NCBI GenBank assembly: GCA_963776055.1
Contig: CAVZLD010000005.1
Span: 121,685 to 185,684 of the forward strand
Origin: an uncultured Planctomycetaceae bacterium
Lineage (GTDB): Bacteria > Planctomycetota > Planctomycetia > Pirellulales > Pirellulaceae
Length of the DNA: 64,000 nt
Direction of reading: 5' to 3'
Part shown: piece by piece, positions 31,208 through 41,376 of the stretch
Layout: each line of letters begins with the position of its first letter
Numbering within the stretch: the stretch's first letter is position 1
Position numbers and translations under genes: made by a program
Notes under the pieces: model-generated
Database searches by the model: none
Seen by the model: the letters and a program-made list of their open reading frames with translations, nothing else
Told to the model about the DNA's origin: nothing

Positions 31208-32794
31208 TTACGAATCGGCGCCGGGCTGTGCCGTGGCAGCGGACTCCGATCCGTTCTCGGATTCACTCGGTCCATCGCCGCCGAGTTTGATCAGCGCTTC
31301 CGGCAGTTCGACGCCTCCGATGTCGCGCATCACCTGCATCATCGGCGGCAGCGAATTCGCCATCTTGCTCAGAAAGTTGGCGGTGCTACTACGACCGTTC
31401 TGACCACCGTTTTCCCAGACCACGATTTTATCAAACTTGATGTTGGAAATCGCCCGGGAGGAGGCTTCCGCCAGGTTGTCCAGGTGTTCGAGCATCAGCA
31501 TCTGGAAGGCTTCGTGGGCTCCGCCGCAAGCTTCCACGATACGCTGGAGGCCTTCCCCCTTTTTCGCCAGAACCTCATAACTACCGCGGGCTTCCGCGTC
31601 CAGCTTGGCGAAGATGGCATCGGCCTGACCTTGGGCCTCGATCCGCAACTTTTCCGCTTCCGCTTCGGCTTCGACGACCGTTTTCGCTTTCGCCGCCACG
31701 GCAGGAGCTTCCAACTCGGCCCGTTGCTCCGCCTCGACTCGTTCCGCTTCGGCCAGAGCAGCCAGCGCCATGGCACGGTTCTGCACTTCCAGGACTTTGG
31801 CTTCCGCTTCGCGTTTGCGGGCTTCACCCAATTGGTAGGCTTCGGCCCGCCGGACCGCCAATTCAGCTTGCGAGGCGGCGACTTTCGCTTGTGCAATGTT
31901 TTCTCCATCGATCGCCGAGGCATCCGCATCCGCGACTTCGACGCGCATTTTCTGCTCCGACAACTTGATCTGTGCTTGTCGTTGGAAGTCCGCGGTCTGT
32001 TCGCCGACGCCTTGCTCCTTCAACAGTTCGGCCAGTCGGATCTTCTGATCGCGTTCGGCTTCGCGTGTACCAATGGCTTGATCGCGATTGGCATTGGCGA
32101 CTTGAATGAACTTGTCGCGTTCCGCCTCGGCGACGCGTGTTTCGCCCTTGCGTTCCTCTTCCGCCACATCGGCCCGCGCCTGTTGTATCGCTTGCGAGGC
32201 GGCCTTCTGACCGATCGCGTCGATGTAGCCCGACTCGTCCGTGATGTCGGTAATGTTCACGTTGATCAGCTGCAAGCCGACCTTATTCAGTTCCGGTTCC
32301 AGCGACGCCTGGATGTGCTGCAGGAACGTGTCTCGATCGCGGTTAATCTCTTCGATACCCATCGAGGCGATCACTTGTCGCAGTTGGCCGAAGATAATCT
32401 CTTCGGCCTGCTGCCGAACCTCGGGAGTCGACAGGCCGAGCAAACGGATCGCCGCTTGCTGCATGACCGCCGGTTCCGTGCCGATCGCCACGGTGAACAC
32501 GCTGGGCACGTTGACACGAATGTTCTCCGACGACAACGCTCCGCGCAAGGGAATTTCGATCTGAATCGGGTCGAGACTCAAAAAGGCATAGTCCTGGATC
32601 AATGGCCAAACGAAGGCGGCACCACCATGAATCGTCTTTGCCGCATCCCCCGCGCGACCGGCCTTTCCGTAAATCACCAGCACACGGTTGCTGGGACAGC
32701 GTTTGTACTGCCGCGCCAACAGGATCAATGTGGACACCAGCAACATGACCACTGCCACAACGATCACAACCATCACAGTCCAGAAGTCGTTCAT
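31208..32794 (-). CDS. Flotillin-like SPFH/band-7 protein (FloT/YuaG-like)
   Basis: The N-terminal TM is followed by an SPFH domain. A long Ala/Glu-rich coiled coil reads EAERKGETRVAEAERDK...AEAEAEKLRIEAQ. The C-terminal flotillin domain is present. It is 528 aa. Confidence 0.9.
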   Translation of the reverse strand: MNDFWTVMVVIVVAVVMLLVSTLILLARQYKRCPSNRVLVIYGKAGRAGDAAKTIHGGAAFVWPLIQDYAFLSLDPIQIEIPLRGALSSENIRVNVPSVFTVAIGTEPAVMQQAAIRLLGLSTPEVRQQAEEIIFGQLRQVIASMGIEEINRDRDTFLQHIQASLEPELNKVGLQLINVNITDITDESGYIDAIGQKAASQAIQQARADVAEEERKGETRVAEAERDKFIQVANANRDQAIGTREAERDQKIRLAELLKEQGVGEQTADFQRQAQIKLSEQKMRVEVADADASAIDGENIAQAKVAASQAELAVRRAEAYQLGEARKREAEAKVLEVQNRAMALAALAEAERVEAEQRAELEAPAVAAKAKTVVEAEAEAEKLRIEAQGQADAIFAKLDAEARGSYEVLAKKGEGLQRIVEACGGAHEAFQMLMLEHLDNLAEASSRAISNIKFDKIVVWENGGQNGRSSTANFLSKMANSLPPMMQVMRDIGGVELPEALIKLGGDGPSESENGSESAATAQPGADS

Positions 32795-32821
32795 AGTTCA
32801 GGCTCCCCCTCGGCCTACGTT

Positions 32822-33445
32822 TCAAGTTGAAGCAACGGTTTCACGGGTTCGTGTCACCATCAGCGTGCTGGGACTAATGAAGTCAACCACCATAACCTTA
32901 GCACCCGTCAAGAGCTTTTCGGATTCCGTGGTCATCGCCGAATATTCCACGATCCGTCCCTGCATTTGAACCTGCACCTTCCCACTGCCGCTCTCATTTG
33001 GGGGAATCGGGATGTAAACGGTTGCGGTGTGACCGATCGACCGCTCAATCCGCTGACTCCCGTCATGCCGCAGCCGATACAGCCTCTGCATCAGCCAGTG
33101 CACCCCCCACATAGCGGCATATCCGGCGACCAACGCCAGGACGAACGAGAGCGCCGAACCCAGCTCGGCTTCATGCCCGGCCATGCCCACCAGACCGAAA
33201 AACGTCAGGGCCGCGACAACCGTTCGAAACGAAATCACGCCAAACAGCCAGGTGGACCCGTGCTCCATGCCCGGTGCGGCGTCGGCGGCCCCCTCCATCC
33301 CGTCCGGGACGTCCAGGTCCACGTCATCCGGAATGTCATCGACGAAGTCCAGATCCTCTGCTCCGAAGCCAATCAGAGCCAGGAGGAACTGAAACAAGAA
33401 CACGGTTCCACCGAGCACTGCGCAAGTCAGGAACACGTAATACAT
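32822..33445 (-). CDS. NfeD-like membrane protein (flotillin-associated, YuaF-like) with C-terminal OB-fold
   Basis: It sits in the conserved operon position upstream of flotillin. It has multiple TM segments, and the C-terminus reads SGKVQVQMQGRIVEYSAMT..GAKVMVVDF. Confidence 0.8.
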   Translation of the reverse strand: MYYVFLTCAVLGGTVFLFQFLLALIGFGAEDLDFVDDIPDDVDLDVPDGMEGAADAAPGMEHGSTWLFGVISFRTVVAALTFFGLVGMAGHEAELGSALSFVLALVAGYAAMWGVHWLMQRLYRLRHDGSQRIERSIGHTATVYIPIPPNESGSGKVQVQMQGRIVEYSAMTTESEKLLTGAKVMVVDFISPSTLMVTRTRETVAST

Positions 33446-33566
33446 CGCTTTCAGCTCCTTTGCGACGAACGAATGTCAGCAACTGCCCTTTTATTCGGCG
33501 CCAAGGGCAAAATCTTGTCGGATCACCGCGGACCAATCCCGCAATCCAGAAGGGAAACCTCTTAGA

Positions 33567-35141
33567 TTATACGGCGGACGGAAGGGAGTGCTGTGTCGCC
33601 CCCGCGACGGATCGCCACCGGCTTACGATTGGCCCAAGGTCAACGCGACGTTTGCTGCGGGGAGAGCGGGTTACTGGTGGAGCAAATTCCAGTCGCGGGT
33701 TAATTCGACCAGGGTACGTACTAGAGCCGCCGCTGCCGCCGGCATCGAGCCAGGGCTTGGGTTTTTCCAGAAAGGCGGGACCGGCGATATCGATGTGCGT
33801 CCAGGGACGTTCGGCGACGAATTGCTCCAGCAGCTTCGCCGCGGTGATCGCGCCGCCCCAACGTCCTTCGCCGATATTCTTCAGGTCGGCCACATCACTT
33901 TTGATCTGTTCATCGAACTCGGGAAACATGGGCAACTGCCAGACTCGTTCCCCCACCCGATCGGCAGCCGTCTTGACGGCGTCGCACCAACTTTGCTGAT
34001 TCGTCATCAGCCCGGCCACGTCGGTCCCCAGTGCGACGACGCAGGCACCGGTCAGGGTTGCCAAATCGACAATCTTCGCCGCTCCCCGATCGACGGCGAC
34101 GGACAGAACATCGGCCAGGACCAGCCGCCCTTCCGCGTCCGTGTTGTGGACCTCGATCGTCTTGCCGTTGCGGGTCGTCAGCACATCCCCCAACTTGTAC
34201 GCGGCGGCACCGGGCATGTTCTCGACTAGCCCGACGAGACCCATCACGTTGACCGGCAACTGCAGCTGTGCGATCGCCTGCATCGCACCGAGAACGGTAG
34301 CGGCACCGGCCATGTCACATTTCATCGTCTTCATCGCATCACTGGGCTTCAGCGACAATCCACCCGAGTCGAAGGTGACACCTTTTCCCACAAGGGTTAG
34401 CCAGGGATCCTGACTCGAGGAAGCGCCGGCGTGACGAAGGATCACCAGCCGCGGCGGTCGTTGGGAACCGCGTGCGACCGCCAGCAGGGCACCGCAGCGT
34501 TCCGCCGCCAGACGGTCGGCATCCCAGATTTCCGCTTCCATGGCAGTATCCTTCGCCACTTGGGCGGCCGTGTTGGCAAACGATTCGGGATCGACCACTT
34601 GAGGCGGTTCATTGACGAGTCGCCGAGTCAGGTTGATGGCATCGCCAACGATTTGCCCGGAGGCGATTGCTTCGGGCGTGGCTCCCCACCAGCGCAACGT
34701 GTGCGGCGTGAATCGTTTTGGTTCGAATTGGTAGAGGCCGGGTCCGCGACAACCGACCACCGATCCCGCCACCGCACTTTCCCCCATGTCCTCGGGTAGA
34801 TGATCATCGAGGGCGAAGACAACCGTCTGCCTGGGTTTTTCCGAAAGGACGCGACTCGCCGTGGCGGCTGCGCGAAACGCGGTCCCGCGATTCCAGTCGG
34901 CTCGTTTGCCACAGCCGGTCAGGGTCACTACGGGCGCCGCCACGCCGGGCAGGCAGTACAGATTGACGGTTCGCCCTACCTGCGGCTTGAACTCCTGCAA
35001 TTCCAGCAGCCGCTTGACGATGCCTCCGCTGGCCGCATCCAATGCCTCGGCCGGCCCCGACATGTGGTCGGAAAACAGGCCGACGACAACCGCATCCACC
35101 GATTGTTGTTCGACATTCTCTTGCGTCGCAATGATCTGCAT
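33567..35141 (-). CDS. pepA: Leucyl aminopeptidase (M17 family); C-terminal ~25 aa possibly frameshifted
   Basis: VGKGVTFDSGGLSLKP and NTDAEGRLVLAD are M17 signatures. The start is taken as MQIIATQEN at 35141. Confidence 0.85.
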   Translation of the reverse strand: MQIIATQENVEQQSVDAVVVGLFSDHMSGPAEALDAASGGIVKRLLELQEFKPQVGRTVNLYCLPGVAAPVVTLTGCGKRADWNRGTAFRAAATASRVLSEKPRQTVVFALDDHLPEDMGESAVAGSVVGCRGPGLYQFEPKRFTPHTLRWWGATPEAIASGQIVGDAINLTRRLVNEPPQVVDPESFANTAAQVAKDTAMEAEIWDADRLAAERCGALLAVARGSQRPPRLVILRHAGASSSQDPWLTLVGKGVTFDSGGLSLKPSDAMKTMKCDMAGAATVLGAMQAIAQLQLPVNVMGLVGLVENMPGAAAYKLGDVLTTRNGKTIEVHNTDAEGRLVLADVLSVAVDRGAAKIVDLATLTGACVVALGTDVAGLMTNQQSWCDAVKTAADRVGERVWQLPMFPEFDEQIKSDVADLKNIGEGRWGGAITAAKLLEQFVAERPWTHIDIAGPAFLEKPKPWLDAGGSGGSSTYPGRINPRLEFAPPVTRSPRSKRRVDLGPIVSRWRSVAGATQHSLPSAV

Positions 35142-35353
35142 CTTAGGCCCTTGCTGGTCGGCTGCGTTTGGCGAACGGTCCGGCTGCCCCCTGTCGTTCC
35201 CGACGGTGGGCTGCCACATTGTAGAGGTTCGCGAAACATCTTCCCAGCACAACACGTTTCGCCGTACCCGGCGATCGATCTTCCCCGGAAACGGTGCCCT
35301 ATCGTACGGCGACGGAGGCTGGAGACCTGGGGCCGATCCGGGCCGCATGCAAC

Positions 35354-36298
35354 ATGACCGATTTGTGGTTGGAACTTGTCACGAACTCCGTCCGGTCCGC
35401 TCCGTGGCTGACTGTCGCATGGATTGCGGCGATCGGTGGCTGTATCGGAAGTTTTTTGAACGTGGTGATTTATCGGCTGCCGGCGGGAAAGAGCCTGGTG
35501 TATCCGGGTTCGCGGTGTCCGAAATGTGAACACACGATTCGTGCGCGCGACAATGTTCCGATCCTTAGTTGGCTCGCGTTGCGCGGCCGTTGCCGCGATT
35601 GCGGAGCCCCGATCGCCGTGCGCTATCCGCTAGTCGAGGCAACCGTCGCGGCGATGTTTGCCCTTCTGTGGTGGATCAACGTTCAAAGCTCCGTTCCACC
35701 GCTCGACCAGCCATCGGAGGCAACTCCCTATCTGCTCGCCTTCCTGCTGCAGGCCGGTCTGTTCTGCTCTTTGCTGGCGGGCGCCCTCATCGACCGGGAC
35801 GGCCAGCGTGTGCCCTGGTCGCTGGGTTGGCCCTTGGGGGTGTTTGCGTTGGCGGTAGGCTTCGCCTATCCGGAGGCCATCGTCGCCCGTTGGCCGCGGG
35901 AGACCGCTGGCTGGCTGCGAACCGAGCCGAGACTGGTAATCGACGCCACGATCGCGGCGCTGTTGGCGGTGGTCAGCCGGGGAATCCTCCGGCGTCCCCA
36001 GCAGTGGTCGACCCCCATCCTTTTGGGGGCATCGTGTGGGTTGGTCTGGGGCGGTGCGGCCGCAGGCCTCTTGGTCATCCTGGCGGCGATTCTTAGGATA
36101 GGCCTCTACGGCCGCGCGCCCTGGGCCACTTGGCCGGTGCTGTTGACGTGCGTCGCGGGGGCGTTTCCGCTGGTCTGGAACTCGATCGCCCCCGAGCGGA
36201 TCCCAGATCCGGTCAGCTGGTGGATCTGGGCAACGCTCGCGGCAGCGTCGCTCGGACTGGGGTGGTGGGCCCGTCGGAACGGAGAATCGGCAAGCTAA
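35354..36298 (+). CDS. Prepilin peptidase (A24 family, PilD/GspO-like) with N-terminal tetracysteine zinc-binding loop
   Basis: IGSFLNVVIYRLP..SRCPKCEHTIRARDNVPILSWLALRGRCRDCGAPI is the diagnostic A24 N-terminus. The first catalytic Asp region is LIDRDGQRVP. I could not find the second GGGDxKL motif. Confidence 0.75.
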   Translation: MTDLWLELVTNSVRSAPWLTVAWIAAIGGCIGSFLNVVIYRLPAGKSLVYPGSRCPKCEHTIRARDNVPILSWLALRGRCRDCGAPIAVRYPLVEATVAAMFALLWWINVQSSVPPLDQPSEATPYLLAFLLQAGLFCSLLAGALIDRDGQRVPWSLGWPLGVFALAVGFAYPEAIVARWPRETAGWLRTEPRLVIDATIAALLAVVSRGILRRPQQWSTPILLGASCGLVWGGAAAGLLVILAAILRIGLYGRAPWATWPVLLTCVAGAFPLVWNSIAPERIPDPVSWWIWATLAAASLGLGWWARRNGESAS

Positions 36299-36436
36299 CT
36301 TTGGAGTAATTTCGCACAACAGTGCAACGGACGGAGTTCGCCATGAAACGTCGACGGGGCCCCCGCGCTCGAACACGGCCGCTGCAGGGGAAACGGATCG
36401 GCAGCAGCAGGCTCGGACGAGCCGGGAGACGCACTT

Positions 36437-37276
36437 TTGAATGATGATCTGAAACAGATGCAACAGCGGATCCTCCATTCACCCAGCTACCGGCTGGCGG
36501 AGGAGGACATCGAGTTGCTGCAGACACCGGCGTTGCGACCTATCCGCATGCAACTGGAACTGTTGAAATGCGAGATAGCATTTCAACAGAACGGAATTGC
36601 CTCCACGATCGTGGTCTTCGGCGGCACCCAGCTCGTCGAACCTCAGGAAGCGGAAGAGCGTCTTCGCGAGGCGCGCAAGCAACTTCAACTGGAGCCAGAC
36701 AACCGGCAGTTTCAGCAGCGGTCTCCCGCGCCGAGCGAGTTCTGGCGAAGTCACCGTATTATGATGAAGCGCGCGAGTTCTCGCGGCTCGTGTCACACAC
36801 ATGTCAGACAGAGGGAAAATGTGAATACGTCGTGATCACCGGCGGCGGCCCGGGAATCATGGAGGCCGCCAATCGCGGAGCGTACGACGTCGACGCAAAA
36901 TCGATTGGACTCAACATCACGCTTCCCGAGGAACAGGACCCCAACCCATATATCACGCCGGACCTGTGCTTCCAGTTTCATTACTTTGCACTGCGCAAGA
37001 TGCACTTCCTCCTGCGCCAAGGGGCTCGTGGTCTTTCCCGGCGGTTTCGGCACACTGGATGAACTGTTCTGCACGCTCACGCTCCGCCAAACCGGACGGA
37101 TGCAGGAAATCCCTGTTATCTTGTACGGCACGGAATACTGGAAACGCGTGGTCGATTTTGAATTCCTGGCAGAAGAAGGCGTGATCGCCGACCGCCATCT
37201 CGACCTGTTCGTTTACGCCGACAGCCCCCAGGAAGCCTGGACCGAGATCGAGGACTTTCACCGGGACCGGTCCTGA
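36437..37276 (+). CDS. LOG-family / Rossmann-fold nucleotide-binding protein (TIGR00730-like), spread over three frames (two apparent frameshifts near 36700 and 37010)
   Basis: Conserved LOG sequences read YVVITGGGPGIMEAANRGA...IGLNITLPEEQDPNPY...VFPGGFGTLDELFCTLTLRQTG. The pieces come from ORFs 36437-36835, 36568-37062 and 36905-37276. Confidence 0.65.
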
Positions 37277-37293
37277 AGGAGTTACCTGAACCA

Positions 37294-38805
37294 ATGCGCA
37301 CCGCCAACTTCGCGGGCTGCCCCGCCCTGACTGCTTTCTGCTTCCTCGGCATAATCCTCGGACCCGGCTGCCGGCCGTCGCCCCCCGCCGTCGAACCGAA
37401 CAGCACGCAGGTTGCGTCCACTTTGCCTACGGCGCCCCGAGAGGAAGCGGCCGATCAGGAAGTGGATGCCATCACGATTCCCGATGGAACGCCGGAAGAG
37501 CTTTTTCAGTTCTTGGGGGAAGTGGAAACGCGTGAATTCGAACGACTGCAAGGCCCCGGATCCGAGTCACTCGATCCGGAAGCACGTGGTCAGGCCATGC
37601 AACGCCTGATGCTCACGCGCGTCCGTGTTTGCGACACCATCCTGGAAAAAGAAATCCCGGCCGACATACGTGCGTCCGCGATCCAAATGAAACTGGATGC
37701 CCTGCGCACGCTGGCCGCCATCCAGCCGGACCAATGGAAAGAACCGTTTGACCGGTTGTGTGCAGAACTAATCGACGGAAAAGACGCTTACCTGGCGCGG
37801 TTTGCGCGAGCCACGCGCTACCAGGCCCAAGTGAATGATTTCATTTCCGAAGCGGACGGAGACGAGGAGGCTTTACGAGTTGCGTTGGGCGAATTGCTGC
37901 AGAATCCCGATGCGGGAGCGGAAACGTTTCGCGCGGCGCGCGATGCATCCGGCTGGCTCATGCAAACCGGTCGATACGGTCCGGCGATGGAAGCCCTGAC
38001 GATGATCGGAAAGCGTTTTCAGGACGATGCCAATGAGGACCTGGCCACGGAGGCACAAAAGCTGGCCAGCCAATCCGTGAACCTGCAGCTCTCGCAATTG
38101 GCGCGAAACGTCCTCGACGAAAAGCCGCAGGCGATCGACGATCTGCTCACGACGATGCGGTCGTTGCTGCAGTCGAATGCGGCCGACCCGAACCTGCTGG
38201 CCTACCTGATGCAGACCGCGCAAATGCTCGAATACGCCGGCTACACCAACGGGGCTGGCCAAGCCTATGATCTGATTCGAGATGACTACCCCAGCGAGCC
38301 TGACTCCCAAACCGCGCAGGATGTGCAGCGAACCGTCGACCTGGCCCACCAGCGTCTGGACCTGATTGGCCAACCACTGGAAATCGAAGGGGTCCTCCTG
38401 GATGGATCTGCGTTCGACTGGCAGACCTATCGTGGTAAGCCGGTGTTCGTCTGCTTCTGGACCACCTGGTACGAAAACTGGCTGCAGGACGTATCGCAGA
38501 TCCGGCAGGCGCTGCGCGACTATCCGCCTGATGCCGTCGCCGTGGTGACGATCAACCTGGATGACGACCGGAACACGCTGGAACGATACCTGCAAACACA
38601 CCCCCTTCCCTGGCCGGTTGTCGTGCACGCCGATCCAATGGCCGCCGGTTTTGAAAACCCAAACGCCGTGCGATGCGGTGTCGAAGCGGTGCCGTTGGCC
38701 ATCCTGGTGGACGCCGACGGCGTCGTGACCGACCTACACGTGCTCGGCGGACGGCTGAGCAAAGTGCTTGCCGAGCGGCTGACCGGTTCCCCGTCGGCCC
38801 AGTGA
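37294..38805 (+). CDS. Secreted/lipoprotein with C-terminal thioredoxin-fold (TlpA/redoxin-like) domain lacking the CxxC active site
   Basis: The N-terminal signal with Cys is AGCPALTAFCFLGIILGPGC. The C-terminal 130 aa read GKPVFVCFWTTWYENW...VVTINLDDD...PWPVV. This is the redoxin fold with WCxxC replaced by WTTWYENW. Confidence 0.6.
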   Translation: MRTANFAGCPALTAFCFLGIILGPGCRPSPPAVEPNSTQVASTLPTAPREEAADQEVDAITIPDGTPEELFQFLGEVETREFERLQGPGSESLDPEARGQAMQRLMLTRVRVCDTILEKEIPADIRASAIQMKLDALRTLAAIQPDQWKEPFDRLCAELIDGKDAYLARFARATRYQAQVNDFISEADGDEEALRVALGELLQNPDAGAETFRAARDASGWLMQTGRYGPAMEALTMIGKRFQDDANEDLATEAQKLASQSVNLQLSQLARNVLDEKPQAIDDLLTTMRSLLQSNAADPNLLAYLMQTAQMLEYAGYTNGAGQAYDLIRDDYPSEPDSQTAQDVQRTVDLAHQRLDLIGQPLEIEGVLLDGSAFDWQTYRGKPVFVCFWTTWYENWLQDVSQIRQALRDYPPDAVAVVTINLDDDRNTLERYLQTHPLPWPVVVHADPMAAGFENPNAVRCGVEAVPLAILVDADGVVTDLHVLGGRLSKVLAERLTGSPSAQ

Positions 38806-38855
38806 GTACGGCCGACGGCGGGCCGACCCCGAAGGCGGCAGTTTCTGAAAACGCA

Positions 38856-39887
38856 CTACGCGCCGCTGTCCTGCTTTTTCGCGGAACTCTCGTAGCGACC
38901 GAAGATCATCCGCCCGGCACTGGTCTGCAGAACGCTGGTCACGGCGACTTGCGCCGTCTGCTGAATATACGGACGACCACCTTCGATCACAATCATCGTT
39001 CCGTCATCCAGGTACCCGACACCCTGTCCGTCTTCCTCACCAGCCTTGACGATCTTCACCGTCAAATGCTCACCGGGCAGGAACACAGGTTTCAGCGCGT
39101 TGGCCAGATCGTTCAGATTCAGCACTTCCACGCTGTGCAGTCGAGCAACCTTGTTCAGGTTGTAGTCGCCCGTTACGAGCTTTCCCTCTAAGCGTCGCGC
39201 CAGCAATACCAGTTTCATATCCACCGGCTGCCCTGACATTTCCGGCAATTCACGGTCAAAGATCTGCAGATCGACCTTCGAATCGCTCCGCAACCGATTC
39301 AGAATATCCAAACCACGCCGGCCGCGACTGCGGCGCAGCTTGTCACTGCTGTCCGCGATACTCTGCAATTCCGCGAGAACAAAACGGGGCATGATCAACT
39401 GGTTATCCAGAATGCCCGTCTCAACCACATCGGCGATCCGCCCGTCAATCACGACGCTGGTGTCCAGAATGTAGGGCCGCAGTCCCTTCACTTCCTTCGC
39501 AAATTCCACGTAGGGAATGATGAAGCGGAAATCATCCTGGGTCTGCAGCAACACGCTGATGCAGATGTAACACAGCACCATGCCTAGCACCATCTGGACC
39601 GCCCGAAGATAGGTATCCCCTACGAGGGGCGTGATAGCGATCCCGGCGATATAGGTCAGAAAGAGCCCGACGAGTAATCCAAAGTAGACGGCCGAAATAA
39701 TGTCGATCCGTTTGCGCGGCAGCAAGACGTCGACGGCAATTACCGAGCAGGCCAGACCAATCACCAGTGCGACCACCGCAAACGGCGCCCAGTTGGGCTC
39801 ACGCGGCGGAATTTCCGACCGGATGAACGTCACGGACAGTCCAATCGCCACCAGCAGGAAGGCGCATCGGAGAAGGATCAGCCGCAT
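38856..39887 (-). CDS. Membrane-anchored PIN-domain plus TRAM-domain protein (YacL-like)
   Basis: Four N-terminal TM helices are present. The PIN domain reads YILDTSVVIDGRIADV...LIMPRFVLAELQ. The C-terminal TRAM-like region reads GEHLTVKIVKAGEEDGQGVGYLDDGTMIVIEGG. Confidence 0.8.
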   Translation of the reverse strand: MRLILLRCAFLLVAIGLSVTFIRSEIPPREPNWAPFAVVALVIGLACSVIAVDVLLPRKRIDIISAVYFGLLVGLFLTYIAGIAITPLVGDTYLRAVQMVLGMVLCYICISVLLQTQDDFRFIIPYVEFAKEVKGLRPYILDTSVVIDGRIADVVETGILDNQLIMPRFVLAELQSIADSSDKLRRSRGRRGLDILNRLRSDSKVDLQIFDRELPEMSGQPVDMKLVLLARRLEGKLVTGDYNLNKVARLHSVEVLNLNDLANALKPVFLPGEHLTVKIVKAGEEDGQGVGYLDDGTMIVIEGGRPYIQQTAQVAVTSVLQTSAGRMIFGRYESSAKKQDSGA

Positions 39888-40149
39888 AGTTCTTGTCAGT
39901 GGGGCAAAAGGGACGATCGGTCGGCCGCCCGACCAGAGGAAATGCGCCGCAATCGGCTCATCTGGACTTCAGGTTAGCATTTCCGCAAGGTCAGCGACTA
40001 GTGCCTTCGCCCCAGCCGAATCCAACATCCCCCAAGCGAGAGGGTGCGTCAGAGGGATCCGGAGGATTATGCCCCACCGAACTGGCGTTTTCACCGGCGC
40101 GTTGCGGCAAACGCCCCGCCCCCCCGTCCGCGCGAGTTTCGGCTCGTGT

Positions 40150-41285
40150 TCAGGGGTCATTTCGTTGTCGCAGGCACCGTCGGTACTGCTGGCGACAGTA
40201 CCGGTCGGTCATCCCCGCGAGATAATCGGCCGCCGCCTGGCGCGTCCCCAGCAACTCGGCGCGAGCCCGAAACCGAGCCGGTAAAGACGAGGGATGATCC
40301 ACCAAGTATTGAAACAAAGCACGCAACTGTTGCTGGGCTCGTCCTCGTTCGACGATCAGCTTCGGATGGCGATAGACGCGCCGATACAGGAACGACTCCA
40401 GTTGCTCCTTTTCCTGTTGGCAACTCGGGCTCGCACCGATCGCCGGCTCGTCCGACCGGGCCTCCTCCGCATCGGCGAAGTTGCGCTGCTGCAAAACCGC
40501 GCGACTGGTCTGCACGACGTCCCCAACCTGCGTGTCGATCAGTTCATGCACCAGCGCTCGGCGCAGCTTCCGACCGGCCAACGGTCCGTAGCGATCGAGC
40601 ACCTGCTGATGGCATTGGCGGATGATCGGCAGGGACATCAGTTGATCCAACGGCAGCAACCCCAGCTTAACGGCATCATCCACATCGTGAGCGTCGTAGG
40701 TAATGCTGTCGGCCACGTCCACCACTTGGGCCTCCAGCCAGGCGCCGGACGAATGCTGTTTCTGCGAGCGGCCTTGCTGGCTCTCGAGTATCTCGCGGCT
40801 CAGATTCAGACCTGGAAACTGGGGATAGGGATGCTCCAGTTCACAGACCAAAGTCAAGGCAAACTGATTGTGCGAAAAGCCACCGTCGTCGGCCAGGCAT
40901 TCCTGCAATGCGTCTTCGCCGGCGTGGCCAAACGGGGGATGCCCGATATCGTGCAGCAACGCCAAGGCCTCGATCAAGTCTTCGTTCAGCCGCAGCGCCG
41001 GCCAATGGTCCGCGCAATCGAAGCGACCTCCATCGTGTGGGTCAGGCGCGTGCGACAGTAGTCCCCTAAATTGCCGGTAAAAACCTGCGTCTTTCCGCTT
41101 AAACGTCGGAAGGCGGCCGAGTGCAGAATTCGGCCGCGATCCCGCTGGAACGGGCCCCGGTACGGGTGCGCCGGCTCCGCATGTTCGCGCCCCTTCGACT
41201 GGCAGCTGTGCAGGGCAAACGGCGCCAGCAGGGCCGATTCTCGTTGCCAATCATGGGGAGTTTCCGGCGATTCGCGCGCGGACAT
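40150..41285 (-). CDS. dGTP triphosphohydrolase-like HD-domain protein (frameshift near 41000-41080 separating N-terminal 99-aa frame from main frame)
   Basis: The N-terminal frame has [17 protein letters not shown]...[15 protein letters not shown] (HD motif). The main frame continues [15 protein letters not shown]...[17 protein letters not shown]. Confidence 0.75.
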
Positions 41286-41376
41286 GGTGGTTCCTTCGGC
41301 CGAGGCTTGCTGTGGCCAGTTCGCTCTGCTACGGTAGCAAGTTTAGCGTTCGCCACTGGGGATGGGCAGAGCATCC

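Noticed and set aside
31484-32830. 448-aa plus-strand ORF
   Set aside because: It is antisense to the flotillin gene. The repetitive Phe/Arg/Leu-rich translation reflects the coiled-coil codons of the real gene.
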